Below the pieces are notes generated by a model. It was not told where the DNA came from, searched no databases, and saw only the letters and a list, made by a program, of their open reading frames with translations. A stretch of DNA of 64,000 bases from Octopus vulgaris (Eukaryota): positions 73,036,001 to 73,100,000 of the forward strand of contig OX597823.1 in NCBI GenBank assembly GCA_951406725.2, written 5' to 3'. Shown piece by piece: positions 27,780 to 40,159 of this stretch. The position numbers and the translations under genes are program-made. How positions within the stretch are numbered: position 1 is the stretch's first letter; each line of letters starts with the position of its first letter.

Positions 27780-28833
27780 GTATGTATGTATGTGTATTTG
27801 TATATAACACATATAAGCACAACCTTATATATATATACACATATATATATACATACGTATTTATAGATACATATATATGTGTGTGAGCGTGTTTGTGTGA
27901 GTGCGTGCACATGTACGTGTGCGTATAGAAAAATCCATGCACATAATACGCCCACGCATACGCACATGCGTGTGCATTTACCCACTGTTGTACAAAATCT
28001 AAAGACAGAAAGACACGTGCATACCATTAGACCTCTTACACCTTACTCCCTCATACATTCACACGTAGGCACTCGCACAAATATTCCTCCAAAGTAAGCT
28101 AAGAAACATTTCATCTCACTCAAACAACCTCCTCTGGTGCTATACCAAACACTCACATATAAAAAGGATATTAAGAATCACAACGAAAACACAAAACACT
28201 AAAAACAGTCGGCCACAAATACATCATTCCTTAACAATATATTCATCCACAATAGATGTTCTTAATTTTACAGTTAACACCTCTCACAGACATTCATAAT
28301 CTCAAACACACTTGCACACGTATTTTTTTTTACTTCTAATTATATTTTCTCCACAAATACCAGCAAAATATCAACACCCATTCTAATTTTATAAACTAGC
28401 ATAATGCAAGCTGCCAGGCATCCATACACAGATATATGCCCTTACATAGGTATCAAGAAATAAGATCCTTATGAAAAACAAACTGCCACGCAGACATACA
28501 CACGTGTGCGCGGCCGGAAACATTTTCCAACAGAAGATAAATGAAATTCCATAACAATCAAATGGTTTTTATACTGACAAACAATCCCTCAAACTACTTC
28601 AGTCACGAAAAGCACCATTCATCCGATTTATATCTAATAGCTATGTCTTTTATTAATTTTTCAAATAATCCATTCATGAATAACCTGTCTCAAAACACTT
28701 ATTTTAAGCTTTACATGTGCGTACACAGTGGCAAAGAAATAAGCACCTCCCATCACAAATTAAACAACAAACTCTGAACAAGCAATACACTATCCAACTG
28801 AGAATTTCAAGAAATACATATATTAGACCAAAA

Positions 28834-29071
<238 letters not shown>

Positions 29072-29601
29072 ACCGGAAAAAACTGATGGAGTGATGAGAA
29101 AATCACTACCAAATCGATTAAAAGGAAACTCCAAATGATAAATAATAACATACACCAAGCGAGAAGATATAAAATCACTTTAAATTCATACGTATATGTA
29201 TATATGCATCCATATATCTATCTATCTATTTATCTATATATCAATCTTTCTATTTATTTAGGGATTTACATAAGGGCAAAGTTGGTAACAAAAACAGGAC
29301 GGTGTAAATAATCAGTAAGCTATATCGAGCTGAGGTGGCGAACGCTGGAGAAACGAGCTTTGACAGAAGAAAAGATAGATGAGATAGACAAGAATGCCTA
29401 TGATCTGTGTGGCATATCGAAAGATGGCCGATGGTCACGTATGAGCAACCAGAGAGTAAAGGAGTAAGAGTGAGAAATTGAGAGGGACAAGTAGAGATCG
29501 GTGAAGGGGAGAGAGAGAACAATGCAGAGAGTCGCAGCAAAATTATTAAGATAAACTTACTTGGAAATGGATGCGTTGCACTCAATCATATAATATATGT
29601 G

Positions 29602-29663
<62 letters not shown>

Positions 29664-29799
29664 TATATACATACGTATATGTACAAACATATATGTATAT
29701 ACATATGCATATATGGGTACATGATGTCATAAAATGTAAACAACATGAAAAACCAAGCCAACATGGAATACAAGTATTGCAGTGCAATAGACTACTTTA

Positions 29800-30265
29800 A
29801 GCCCAACTGCCACTACGAAATCCCAGCATTAAATCTACGGATAACAACAAGTAATCGAATCTGTGCCAGTATTTTATTCATCATCTATTTGTATATTTTG
29901 CACAATTTCTACAGATCTTCCAGGACAGGGTTTGTCTTCTAGGCTGTAGTTTCCGGCTCGAGATTTCTGGGACCACCGTTGATACTGGCTTACGCTTGTT
30001 ACCGATCCCCATATACTCGCACTTTCCCTTACGTTGTTGCCTTTATTGAACTCATAAAGCAAATATGCCGAATATGTTCCGTTGTCACTTCCATTATAGC
30101 TTTGAAAAAATAACTGTTAAAATCGAACTGTGCTCTTCAAAACTTGCACTATGAATACAGACAAGGTAAATTTACTATCTGCTTTTATAGCAAATTCATG
30201 CAGGTAGTTTATCCTGTCCCCCTCCGACTTTTAAAAAGCCGCAATATTTATGGGATGACTCGATG
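29800..30265 (-). mobile_element. mariner 5' remnant
   Basis: ORF 29874..30062 LYEFNKGNN...QRWSQKSRAGNYSLEDKPCPGRS is a mariner N-terminal HTH region, same family as 19.6 kb. Confidence 0.7.
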
Positions 30266-31174
30266 TATACATGTTTGTGACGTTACGATACTTAGCCTGT
30301 TGTACTAACATGTTGGCTGCGTTGTGACATAAATATCCCTTCTGTACTTGAAAAAGTTTCTGTTGCTCTGTGCAATTGAAGGATTTTCCTGCCCACTAGA
30401 TAGTCCCAGCACTCACAAAAACGGGGCAGTCACAGATTCCAGCACCTCGCGCCAGTTTCTGAAGTATTATACATAGCTAAAGTGGAAAATAAACTTTATT
30501 CTCAATACAATCTCCTCCATATATCTAGGTGACACATTCATGGTTACACATACTGATCAACAAGGTGATACATGTAACAAACGTGAAACAGCTCTGTGCT
30601 TACATTTACAATTCAAAGGAGGTCTACAACTTACCTAATCTAACATTTAAAATAGCAACTATAGACAATATACATATTACCGCAGTTTACAGAAAATAGA
30701 TACAAACATAAAAATCAAATTTCTTTGGCGAGTTTTAAAATTTTCAGCTATTAATGAAGTCTTAAATAATGGAATCCTACTCGTAAAACAGACATTACTT
30801 AATGGGCACTCTAATAAATTAAAAGACCAGCTCAAACAATATTTAAAGAAATTTACTCACATTGATACGGCATATGCAGCACTTACTAAAGATATACAAA
30901 CATCACACGAAACAAATGCACTGATATACTGAAATTCATATAACCGGAAATTCATAGTCAGAGTAATTTGTATACTTCGGACATATAATGAAATATATAA
31001 AATTTACTATGAAAATGAAAGATGTATACTTCATAATACAAATTGTTACATCGAACAAAAATCATGGTTGATGTGGGTCATATATTTAACATGAGGATGT
31101 ATTGCGACTCATAATGCAGTCCAGAACGTAAAATTATATAATGAATAATTTGTTTTTATTTTAAAAAATTAAAT

Positions 31175-31582
31175 AGGCGCAGGGGTGGCTGTGTGGTAAG
31201 TAACTTTCTTACCAACCGCATGGCTCCGTGTTCAGCCTCACTGCGTGGCATCTTGGGTATGTGTCTTCTACTATAGCCTCGGGCCGACCAAAGCCTTGTG
31301 AGTGAATTTGGTAGAGAGAAGCTGAAAGAAGCACGTTGTATATATATATGTATTTGTGTGTTTGTGTGTCTCTGTTTGTCCCCATCCTCATCCCCAGCAT
31401 CGCTTGGCAACCGATGCTGGTGTGTTTACGTCTCCGGAACTTAGTGGTTCGGCAAAAGAGACAAATAAAATAAGTACTAGGCTTACAAAGAATAAGGCCT
31501 GGGGTCGATTTCCTCGACTAAAGGCGGTGCTCTAGCATAGCCGCAGTCAAATGACTGAAACCAGTAAAAGAGTAAAAGAGTG
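31175..31582 (+). mobile_element. SINE family B, full-length copy
   Basis: GGCGCAGGGGTGGCTGTGTGGTAAG head (A box), GTTCAGCC (B box), CORE-like TTGGG..GTGTCTTC, internal (TA), tail ending GTAAAAGAGTAAAAGAG. Confidence 0.85.
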
Positions 31583-32719
31583 AATTCCGCATGTAATTAT
31601 AATAACGATAGAATCTGTACTAACAGTAAAGTACAAACCTTAATTAAAAGAACATGTCATAGGTAAAAATCTTGATATCATAATATGTATGCGATTATGA
31701 TTTACTCTCATAAAATTTCTAATTCAACATCAATCGTTTCATCAACTAAAAAAATTATTCCGATACCCTTTTAGAATTGCTGGCGAATGCGCGACCAATT
31801 TGAAGTTACAGCAGTTTATTTTGAAAATAAAATTATACAGATTTCAAAAGGTAAACCTTAATAGATTTAGGCATTTTATGGCCCAAAACCAATATCAATG
31901 ATTAATAATAAAATACGAAAAATCCTTTAAAAAAATACTTGAATATAGTTGTTTGTTGATATTCTGTTTGAAAAGTAGCTGTTCTCAATTTACACAAACA
32001 CGCACATGCACACAAATGTGTACATGTGCATGTGTATGTATGCCTATATATATATATGTGTGTGTATGTATGTATATGTATATACATGTATGTATGTATG
32101 CGTCTGTGTGTGTGTCTCTGTCTCTGTGTGTATGGCTGCATATATTCTGTCATGCTACCGTCATGCTTGGCTGCAAAGTCATGATGCCGGGTAAACATGT
32201 GAATATGATGTTTTATGACTTGGACACACACAAACTTAGATGAGCGTGGAGATATCATGAGCTTCAGCTATATCCTGCATATTTATACAAGTTTAATTAT
32301 GTTAACTTTATCTGGATACCGGAGATACGTAGTGGGAATCAGTGAGTATATTGTTTACACAGTTCATTACAACTTAATAAAAAATTTCGCTAATTCTCTA
32401 GAGTGCATAAGCATGCAACAAAGGAACTGAAATACATCTAAGAAGAAATGTTTCTCTTTGTTTGAGCATTTAAAACACTTCCTGTTATGAAATATTAGTA
32501 ATCAGGAAGATACAGGCGCTAGAAAGGTTCAGCGAAGGCAGAGTAGAAACGCCAGAGAAAATTAAGAAGGTGGAAGAAATGTGTTATATTTTGTATTTGA
32601 TGTATATAACATTTAATATATTTTATGTGTCTAATTTGTTTTATCTTTATAATTGCCTCTATACTCGCTCAACTGGATCCCTCTTATAGCCTTTCTTTAC
32701 CTAGTGAAATTATCTCTTG

Positions 32720-33183
32720 TAAAGACGTCGGTATCTCATAATATACACCTGGAAGATCCTGGAGGGACTTGTCCCAAACTTTGGCATCGAGAGTTACACA
32801 AATGCCAGAACTGGGCGCCACTGCGTGGTGCCTAGGACTCCAAATTTGCCATCAAGATGTAGGACAAGATACTGTGATAGCCTGGGCTTCCGAGGCCCAC
32901 AGCTCTTCAATATCCTCTCGAAGAACCTAAGAGACCTGCATGGGGTGGATGCAGATGTCTTTAAAATGAAACTGGATCTCTTCCTGTCAGGTATCCCAGA
33001 TGAACCAACTTCACGGCAGGAGGTGCAGATGAGGGCAGCTGCATCAAACTCTCTCATGCACCAAATGGCAGTTGCTAAAAAGCTTTCGTGAAGTAAAACC
33101 ATGTAGCAACACCAAATGGCGGTGCCCCAGCGTGGCCACAGCTCATGAGCTGAAACTAGAATCAATCAATCAATCAATCAATC
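32720..33183 (+). mobile_element. CR1-group LINE 3' end (5'-truncated) with (AATC)n tail
   Basis: RRRYLIIYTWKILEGLVPN...GPQLFNILSKNLR...FKMKLDLFLSGIPDEP with stop at 33091, short 3' UTR, ATCA tandem tail. Confidence 0.8.
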
Positions 33184-33580
33184 TCAGTTTGAATCTTTTG
33201 AACGCTATTAAGTGCCTTCTCTATGGGGAATCTCTGGATCTAATCTGTTAATTATATATATATATACACGACTATCTTTGCACAGTGGTCACCCGAGCTC
33301 ACGCCTCAGCTGTGAACCGGAATCGATTTTCTCTTTTAGTTCCTTTAATCATTACGTTCCACCTCTCGTCATCTAAATCCAACGCCGCACATTCTCCACA
33401 TGCCTCCCACCTTTAACAGCTTCTCCCGTCCATCCCAATTATCTCTCAGCACCATCACTACACATACAACACATAGATACATACATATATACGCACGCGC
33501 ACACACATAAGAATATATAAAGGCGTGTGTTTGTATGCGTGTGAGTATGCTTGTTCGTGTGTGTGTGTATAGATATAAGC

Positions 33581-33611
<31 letters not shown>

Positions 33612-33851
33612 CGTGTGTGTGTGTATAATGTATATATGTATTATTTATATAAGTAGATGTATACATGAATTCATATATATATGTCACAGTAGATTTGAGT
33701 GCAGGCATCTGTGTTTACACATTTGTGTAATTGTATGTTTATACAAAAAAACATAGAAGGTTATGTTGATTGTGATAGTACAATTCTCTTACAGAATTTT
33801 GACTCCCTGCACATAACCGAAAAGAAAATCAATGGAATAATCGAAATAATA

Positions 33852-34120
33852 TGAGGTATGTTTGCCATCTTAATATGGCTGACCACTAAGGGTGGGTGTT
33901 ACTGTAACTTGTAGCCCCAGGAGAACATCGTCTCCAGCTGGCTATTGACACATTTTCTGTGCCCTATCGGTATTGTGTCAATAGCCAGCTGGAGACGATG
34001 TTCTCCTGGGGCTACAAGCTACAGTAACACCCATCCTTAGTGGTCAGCCATATTGAGATGGCAAACATACCTCACATTGTCATGCAGTTACTGTTTATAC
34101 CTCATTCAGAGATTTATTAT
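33852..34120. repeat. Foldback insertion: 101-bp inverted arms, 21-bp spacer, 15-bp target duplication
   Basis: Arms 33852-33952 and 33974-34074; TAATCGAAATAATAT is repeated at 33838-33852 and 34121-34135. Confidence 0.9.
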
Positions 34121-34399
34121 TAATCGAAATAATATTTTTTGAAACCTTCATTTCTTCACTTTTTCAGTTTTCTCTTTACTTCAATATCTGACGTGTCTTA
34201 CAACTAACGATTCAATCATTCATTCTTTTCCGCCTATTCAGACATCCTGTATTTTATCCACCATTTACATTTGTTGCGTTTTACAATGCAGTTCCGGCAA
34301 ATCCTAATGGTTATCCGTGCTGCGCGCATGTGCATACCGTCAGTATTTCTGCGTGTCATGTGCACTGAGTGTTTTTCAGAGAGAATTCTGTGTGTTGTG

Positions 34400-36230
34400 G
34401 GGGAATAAACATTTTATATGTCCTTCTAGATCGGATATCTGTATACTTAGCAAAAATATTCTGGATATATACACATTCCTTGATTAACGAAACTACTTAA
34501 ATTTAATTTATGGTATAACTCTTTCCAAGTTGAAGATTGGGTCAATTCTATCGATAATAAACTAAACACTAAATTTATCCAGTTTGATATCTGAAGCTAT
34601 TATTCCTCTATCAATCCTATCATCCTTGATAAAGCCCTGTGGTTCGTACATAATAAAGCCGGCCTACCTCGCGTTGAAATTGATATTGTCCTAGCGGCAA
34701 GAAAATCTATCATCCAATTTTATAACAAACTTTGGATTCGTAAAGATTGACCAAATTACTTCGATATCCCTATGGGAAATAAGTACTCAGCACAGGTTTC
34801 GGATTTGGCCAGAATTTATATCCCATTTGAAATAGAAGACCAATTGACTAATATATTCGGTGGTTTATATCGTGATGACTGCCTCCTTTACCTACGAAAT
34901 AGCTCTAATCAAAAACTACGAAACGAAATTTAGTATTTCCTTCGATGATGATAGAACTAGGGTTAACTTCTTCAATTTTACCCTAAACTTAAATACAATC
35001 TTGTATTTCTCATACCAAAACCTTCAATTAACCTGAAATACATCAGCATCTTTAGCAACCACCATAACAATATCACAAAAAGTTTGTTTAAAAATATATC
35101 GCTTAGAAAATCTAAATTGCACGACAACGAAACCGTTTTCAATATTAACGCAGATTTTATAACTCAGCTTTACATAAAGTAGAATATAAGGAACAAATTA
35201 CATATTATAACTAATTTGTATCTAACACTCCCTCTAATCTTCTGATTGATGGTAATTACGTTCTTGATAATAATTACAGTTGTAATAATAACAATAATTA
35301 TACTATTAAAAATAACTAATTATAACATTATTAACAGTAATAAACACAATAACAAGAGTACTTATTTTGTTCCTACCGTCGTCAATAATCCAAATAAAAC
35401 CCCATTTCATCAAAATATCCATATTCCTTACCTTCGTAATCCCAAAAAACAAACAGTCAAAGGGAACTAACTAAGTCTCCTCATCCTTTTTACACTTCTT
35501 CAAGTTTTTTAATAACAAATCTCGCAATGAATCACGCAACCATAGCAAAAGTATCCAAACAAGTAAAACTTGTCTTATTTCGACAAGCTATAGAAAGAAA
35601 ATTCCCCATTAATTCAAGGTACCATTCCATTTTCAACACACACATCGTATCAGGATAGGTTTCTCTTACACCACCAATATCTCACAAATTATATCATCAC
35701 ATAACATCGATACTCTAAAAGGTAATAGTGTCTCTCCTAATAGCTCTAATAACTTTAATAATATTATCAATATTAACGATAATCTCTCCTTAAATGATAA
35801 TATTAATGACATTAGATCTTGCAACTGTAGCCCAAATAAAACCTGTGTCCTAAATGGAAATGGCCGTATTAAAAATATCGTGCACCAATGCAAGTTTACC
35901 TCTGGAACCAAGGATTTTTCTATACTGGATTATCTGCAACGGATTTGAAATCCAGACACGCGAACCATTTTTCTACTTTCATATACAATCGTAAGCGTAT
36001 TTCCACAAGAATTATTAAGCTAATCTGGCACCTTAAAGGCTCTAACAAACTTTTTACTTTAGGTTGGAAACTTTTATCCAGATCGTTCCCTTATGACAAA
36101 GGGAAATCTCTTTGTCCTCTCTGTACGGAAGAGCAATTTATTATCCCCTTTTCCAAACAGAAAACAATGAACACGTTTACGGAGCGAGATTTCAGGTGTT
36201 CACATTAGGAAAAAGAACAACTTCGCTTTT
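34400..36230 (+). mobile_element. Decayed Penelope-like retroelement (RT + GIY-YIG)
   Basis: QFDI..YYSSI, FDIPMG...SAQVSDL and GLYRDDC (about 34860-34885), then CNCS...CVLNG...NIVHQC and FYTGLS..KSRHANH..TF (GIY-YIG); multiple stops and frameshifts. Confidence 0.85.
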
Positions 36231-36699
36231 TATGAATAGCATCTACCCCGTGCCTAATAATTTTTGCAAATTATCTTTTCTTTTTATAATTATTACTTAA
36301 CATAAACTTTATTTCTGCCTTCATCTTTTCTTCCCATATTTTTATCTATCCAAGTTTGCCCGTAACTTCCCCTCCTCTCTCTCTCTCTCTAATTTAACTA
36401 TTTTCTCCTTTCCACTTCCCTATTTATCTATAACTTCACTGCTCTCATCATAACGGCATTTTCAAATATTAGCGTTCCCTTCACATCTTAACTTTCCATA
36501 TATGAATATGCATGTATATCTGTTTTTGTTATGTATGCGTACAAATGTATGTATGTGTTTATGTAAATATGTGTTTGAGCAAGTATGTGTTTGGGTGTAT
36601 CTATACATTGGGCATGTGTATGATCTTGTGCGTATATGCGTATGTGTAAGTGTATTTATGTGTGTAACTACGTGGTCGTACACGTCTATAAATGTATGC

Positions 36700-36742
<43 letters not shown>

Positions 36743-36910
36743 TGTTTGTATATATATGTGTGTGTGTATGTATGTGTGTTGTGAGCATATGTATGTGTGT
36801 ACGTGTACGTGGGTATGTATTTGTCCATGAGTGTATATATATATATATATAACATTATTGGTGAATTGAAGAAATGGAGCTGAACGCAGATTGAACAGAA
36901 ATCGTTTTAT

Positions 36911-36997
36911 TTCATTCTACACGTGTTTCGAAAGGCACAAATTACCAAAATCCGATGGAATAATGGGACCATATTGTGTCTTTCTCTTCAGGAAGAA
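36911..36997 (-). ncRNA. Type I hammerhead ribozyme motif (antisense arm copy)
   Basis: Reverse complement of the 37179-37266 motif; TCTTCAG at 36985-36991. Confidence 0.8.
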
Positions 36998-37178
36998 AAT
37001 AGGAAATCCGTTGGAAAAACAAAAACAGAACAGAGGCGGAGCAAAAACAAATCGAACACCGGTTCTCAACATACACTGATAAACAGTTTCGCCATGGGCT
37101 CTTAGGAGCATAGTTCGATTTGTTTTTGCTCCGCCTCTGTTCTGTTTTTGTTTTTGTTTTTCCAACGGATTTCCTATT

Positions 37179-37266
37179 TTCTTCCTGAAGAGAAAGACAC
37201 AATATGGTCCCATTATTCCATCGGATTTTGGTAATTTGTGCCTTTCGAAACACGTGTAGAATGAAA
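37179..37266 (+). ncRNA. Type I hammerhead ribozyme motif, intact core
   Basis: TTC-CTGAAGA(37185-37191)-GAAAG...CTTTC-GAAA(37247-37250)-CACGTG-TA-GAA. Helix II is 5 bp plus the CACAA/TTGTG extension, helix III is the palindrome ACACGTGT, and the GUA site ends at 37258. Confidence 0.85.
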
Positions 37267-37475
37267 TAAAACGATTCCTGTTCAATCTGCGTTCAGCTCC
37301 ATTTCTTCAATTCACCAATAATGTTCTAATTTCAATTATCCGAACCAACGCACGGTTGCAACACCATATGGTTGTACCTCCAACCGTGCTGTTTTACTGC
37401 TGTGATTTTTGCTACTAAGGTATCGGTTAAACTTTTGATTAATCTACTACAAGATTATTCATCTTTCTATTTCAC

Positions 37476-37512
<37 letters not shown>

Positions 37513-37524
37513 TCATGGACAAAC

Positions 37525-37556
<32 letters not shown>

Positions 37557-37732
37557 TTGCATAAGCAGCCTGTCTCCATGAAACCTGAAAGAGACGAGCT
37601 TCTTTTAAAGGCCCAAGAAACACTAAGTTGCAATTTTAAATAATGCATGTAAATGTAACCAAATGTGACGATTGTCTTTTTGTTTCCTTAGTCCACTCAT
37701 ACACACACACACATACACACACACACACACAA

Positions 37733-37777
<45 letters not shown>

Positions 37778-38250
37778 TGTATGTATATACATGCATGTGT
37801 GTTTGCTTGTGCTTATAAAATTAACTACACTGAAATTAATTTTTGAAATCTGAAACTAAGTGGTTAATACTTATGCATTATTTATCTAAAATTAATAAAT
37901 ACATTCATCAGCATTAAAATTCCATTAAAGGTAAATAATTTGAGAAGAATAAAATGTCATTATTCACCTTATTAAATATCTGTGTACTTTGTATATTATA
38001 AATTTTATTAAAGTAATTATTTATGTTTGAAAATTATGCATTTTCTGGCAATCATTAAGACTCACTAGAAGTTATTCTTATTAAATATCACCATTAATAT
38101 TTCGATTAGCTTAAAATGTCTATATTACGTAAATGACACTACACACATCTCCAACTCAACTAACTGAAGCTTAGATATCATACGGCCATATACGTATACA
38201 TATATGCATATATAAATATAAGTGTGTATGCATGTATGTATGTATGTATG

Positions 38251-38301
<51 letters not shown>

Positions 38302-38536
38302 TACCTATGTATGTATGCATTTATGTATGAGGAGAATTCACAAAAAACAAACGACAAAGACAGATGGTGTAGGCTATAAAAACAGACGTATTAGTATAAC
38401 GTTCGGGAAGTGAAAATTTCTTTAACGGTTGGAGCCTAAGCTCTTCCAGAGAAAGGAACACCGTAAGAAAGATGGAGGGAAAATAAAGAATGTGTAGTGG
38501 CTAGCGATATGCCTGAGTATGTATGAATATTTTTTG

Positions 38537-38586
<50 letters not shown>

Positions 38587-38849
38587 CACACGCTTTTATA
38601 AATACGTATATGTGTGTGTGCGTGTATGTGTGTGTGTGTTTGGGGGTAGTTCACATATGTAAAGATATGGTGATGCAAAGAAGAAAATAGAACTCAAAAG
38701 ATGAGTATATATATATTGTATTAATAACCCATAAAACTTATGGAACCATTCAAGGACCGAAAGTTTTGTGCGTTCAAGTCGACCTCTGTTTTATCTTCCA
38801 TCATTTAGGGAACGATAAAATAAGTGCCAGTTGAATGCTGGGACAACGT

Positions 38850-39410
38850 ATTCGAGTCTCGAATGTATTTACACATTCTTCTATATAGTCTCATTCCGTT
38901 TTGATGCACTTGGTCCATTGGTCCACAAACTTGCATATTCCCTCCAAGAAGAAGGCTTTGGGTTGATCATGCAACCATTTGTGTACCGCTTCCGTCGCAT
39001 CTTCTTCCGTAGGAAATCAACGGCCCTCGTACACCGTGTTTGAGCGGTCTAAAGATATGATCGTCGCAAGTGGCGAGATATGGGTTGTAGGCAGAGTATT
39101 CCAGCACCTAAAAACCCAATTGGTTAATGGCTTCAACGGTTTGGGCGGCCGTGTGTGGTTGTGCATTGTCATGCAACAACAAAACTTTCTTCGACAACAA
39201 GCTTCGTCGTTTGTTACCAATTGGTGGCTTCGGTTTGTTGGCCAGTAAAGCACTGTATCTTGCACTGTGAAACCCAGAATGAAAAACGCTCAAACCTCGA
39301 TCATGTGTCCACAGAAGTACCTACAATAAGCACGCACGCGCAGAAAGTATTGTGACAAAAATAAAGATATGTTATGGTGGGAGTGCAGATGAGTTTTGAC
39401 TTACCCTCAT
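38850..39410 (-). mobile_element. mariner transposase C-terminal remnant
   Basis: LLLHDNAQPHTAAQTVEAINQLGF followed by YNPYLATCDHIFRPLK (YSPDLAPSDYHLFGPLK-like). Confidence 0.8.
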
Positions 39411-40100
39411 AGATTCCCAGCTGATTCATTAATCTTCCATTCCCTTGTTTCAAAGCCTGTTTTTTCCAGGTCAAACAAACCTATGGAATTAATATTACAC
39501 TGTAATCCTCGTATCTAGATACTTTGATGTTTGAATCTGACCACATTATATTCTTGCACTTTTCCATATAGTAACGCCGGATTGCATATAATCCAGTAAC
39601 ACTCCCGTGATGTTTACTTTGTCACGTGCACATAAAAGTGACGTGTATATTTATAACTTCATGTATACATCCCAGCGTGAAATATAGAACTATGTCGATG
39701 GCAAATATGTATAGGATATGTATACTTACTTAAATACATGAACATTGATTTTTTTCACATTGTTATTCGACATCAGGTTGTTTTGCATTATCATATATAT
39801 TATTAGCGCTCTAAAATTTGATTTTCTATATTTCATTGACCAATATGCTAACATCTTACTAAAATGAAGAAATTTTGTCGTTATAACTACATAATATTTA
39901 TGTCCATCTTTATAGTCGTTTCTCATACTTATAAATATTTTTTCAATATTTGTCTGCTACAGCATAACGGTTTAAGTCGCAACATACGTAGTTAAAGTAA
40001 TATAGAATATGAAATTCAATTTATTTATATTGGCATAACTTTCTGAGTCTCTTTTCCACAAATCTTTTCTATCCCTTAATAATATACACGGTTACGTAGT

Positions 40101-40158
40101 CTGTTAAACAGTAACAGCTGTTAAACAGTAACAGCTGTTAAACAGTAACAGCTGCTAA
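40101..40158. repeat. 17-bp tandem repeat (CTGTTAAACAGTAACAG, about 3.4 copies) at the LINE 5' junction
   Basis: Read directly. Confidence 0.9.
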
Positions 40159-40159
40159 A

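Larger units (their letters stand above)
36851..37478. repeat. Foldback unit with ~207-bp inverted arms, inserted in (TA)n
   Basis: 36851-37057 is the reverse complement of 37113-37325 (one 6-bp indel); 55-bp spacer; the right arm continues to about 37478. Confidence 0.95.

Noticed and set aside
36891-37285. Identical ORFs on both strands
   Set aside because: They are a by-product of the inverted repeat, with no protein motif.
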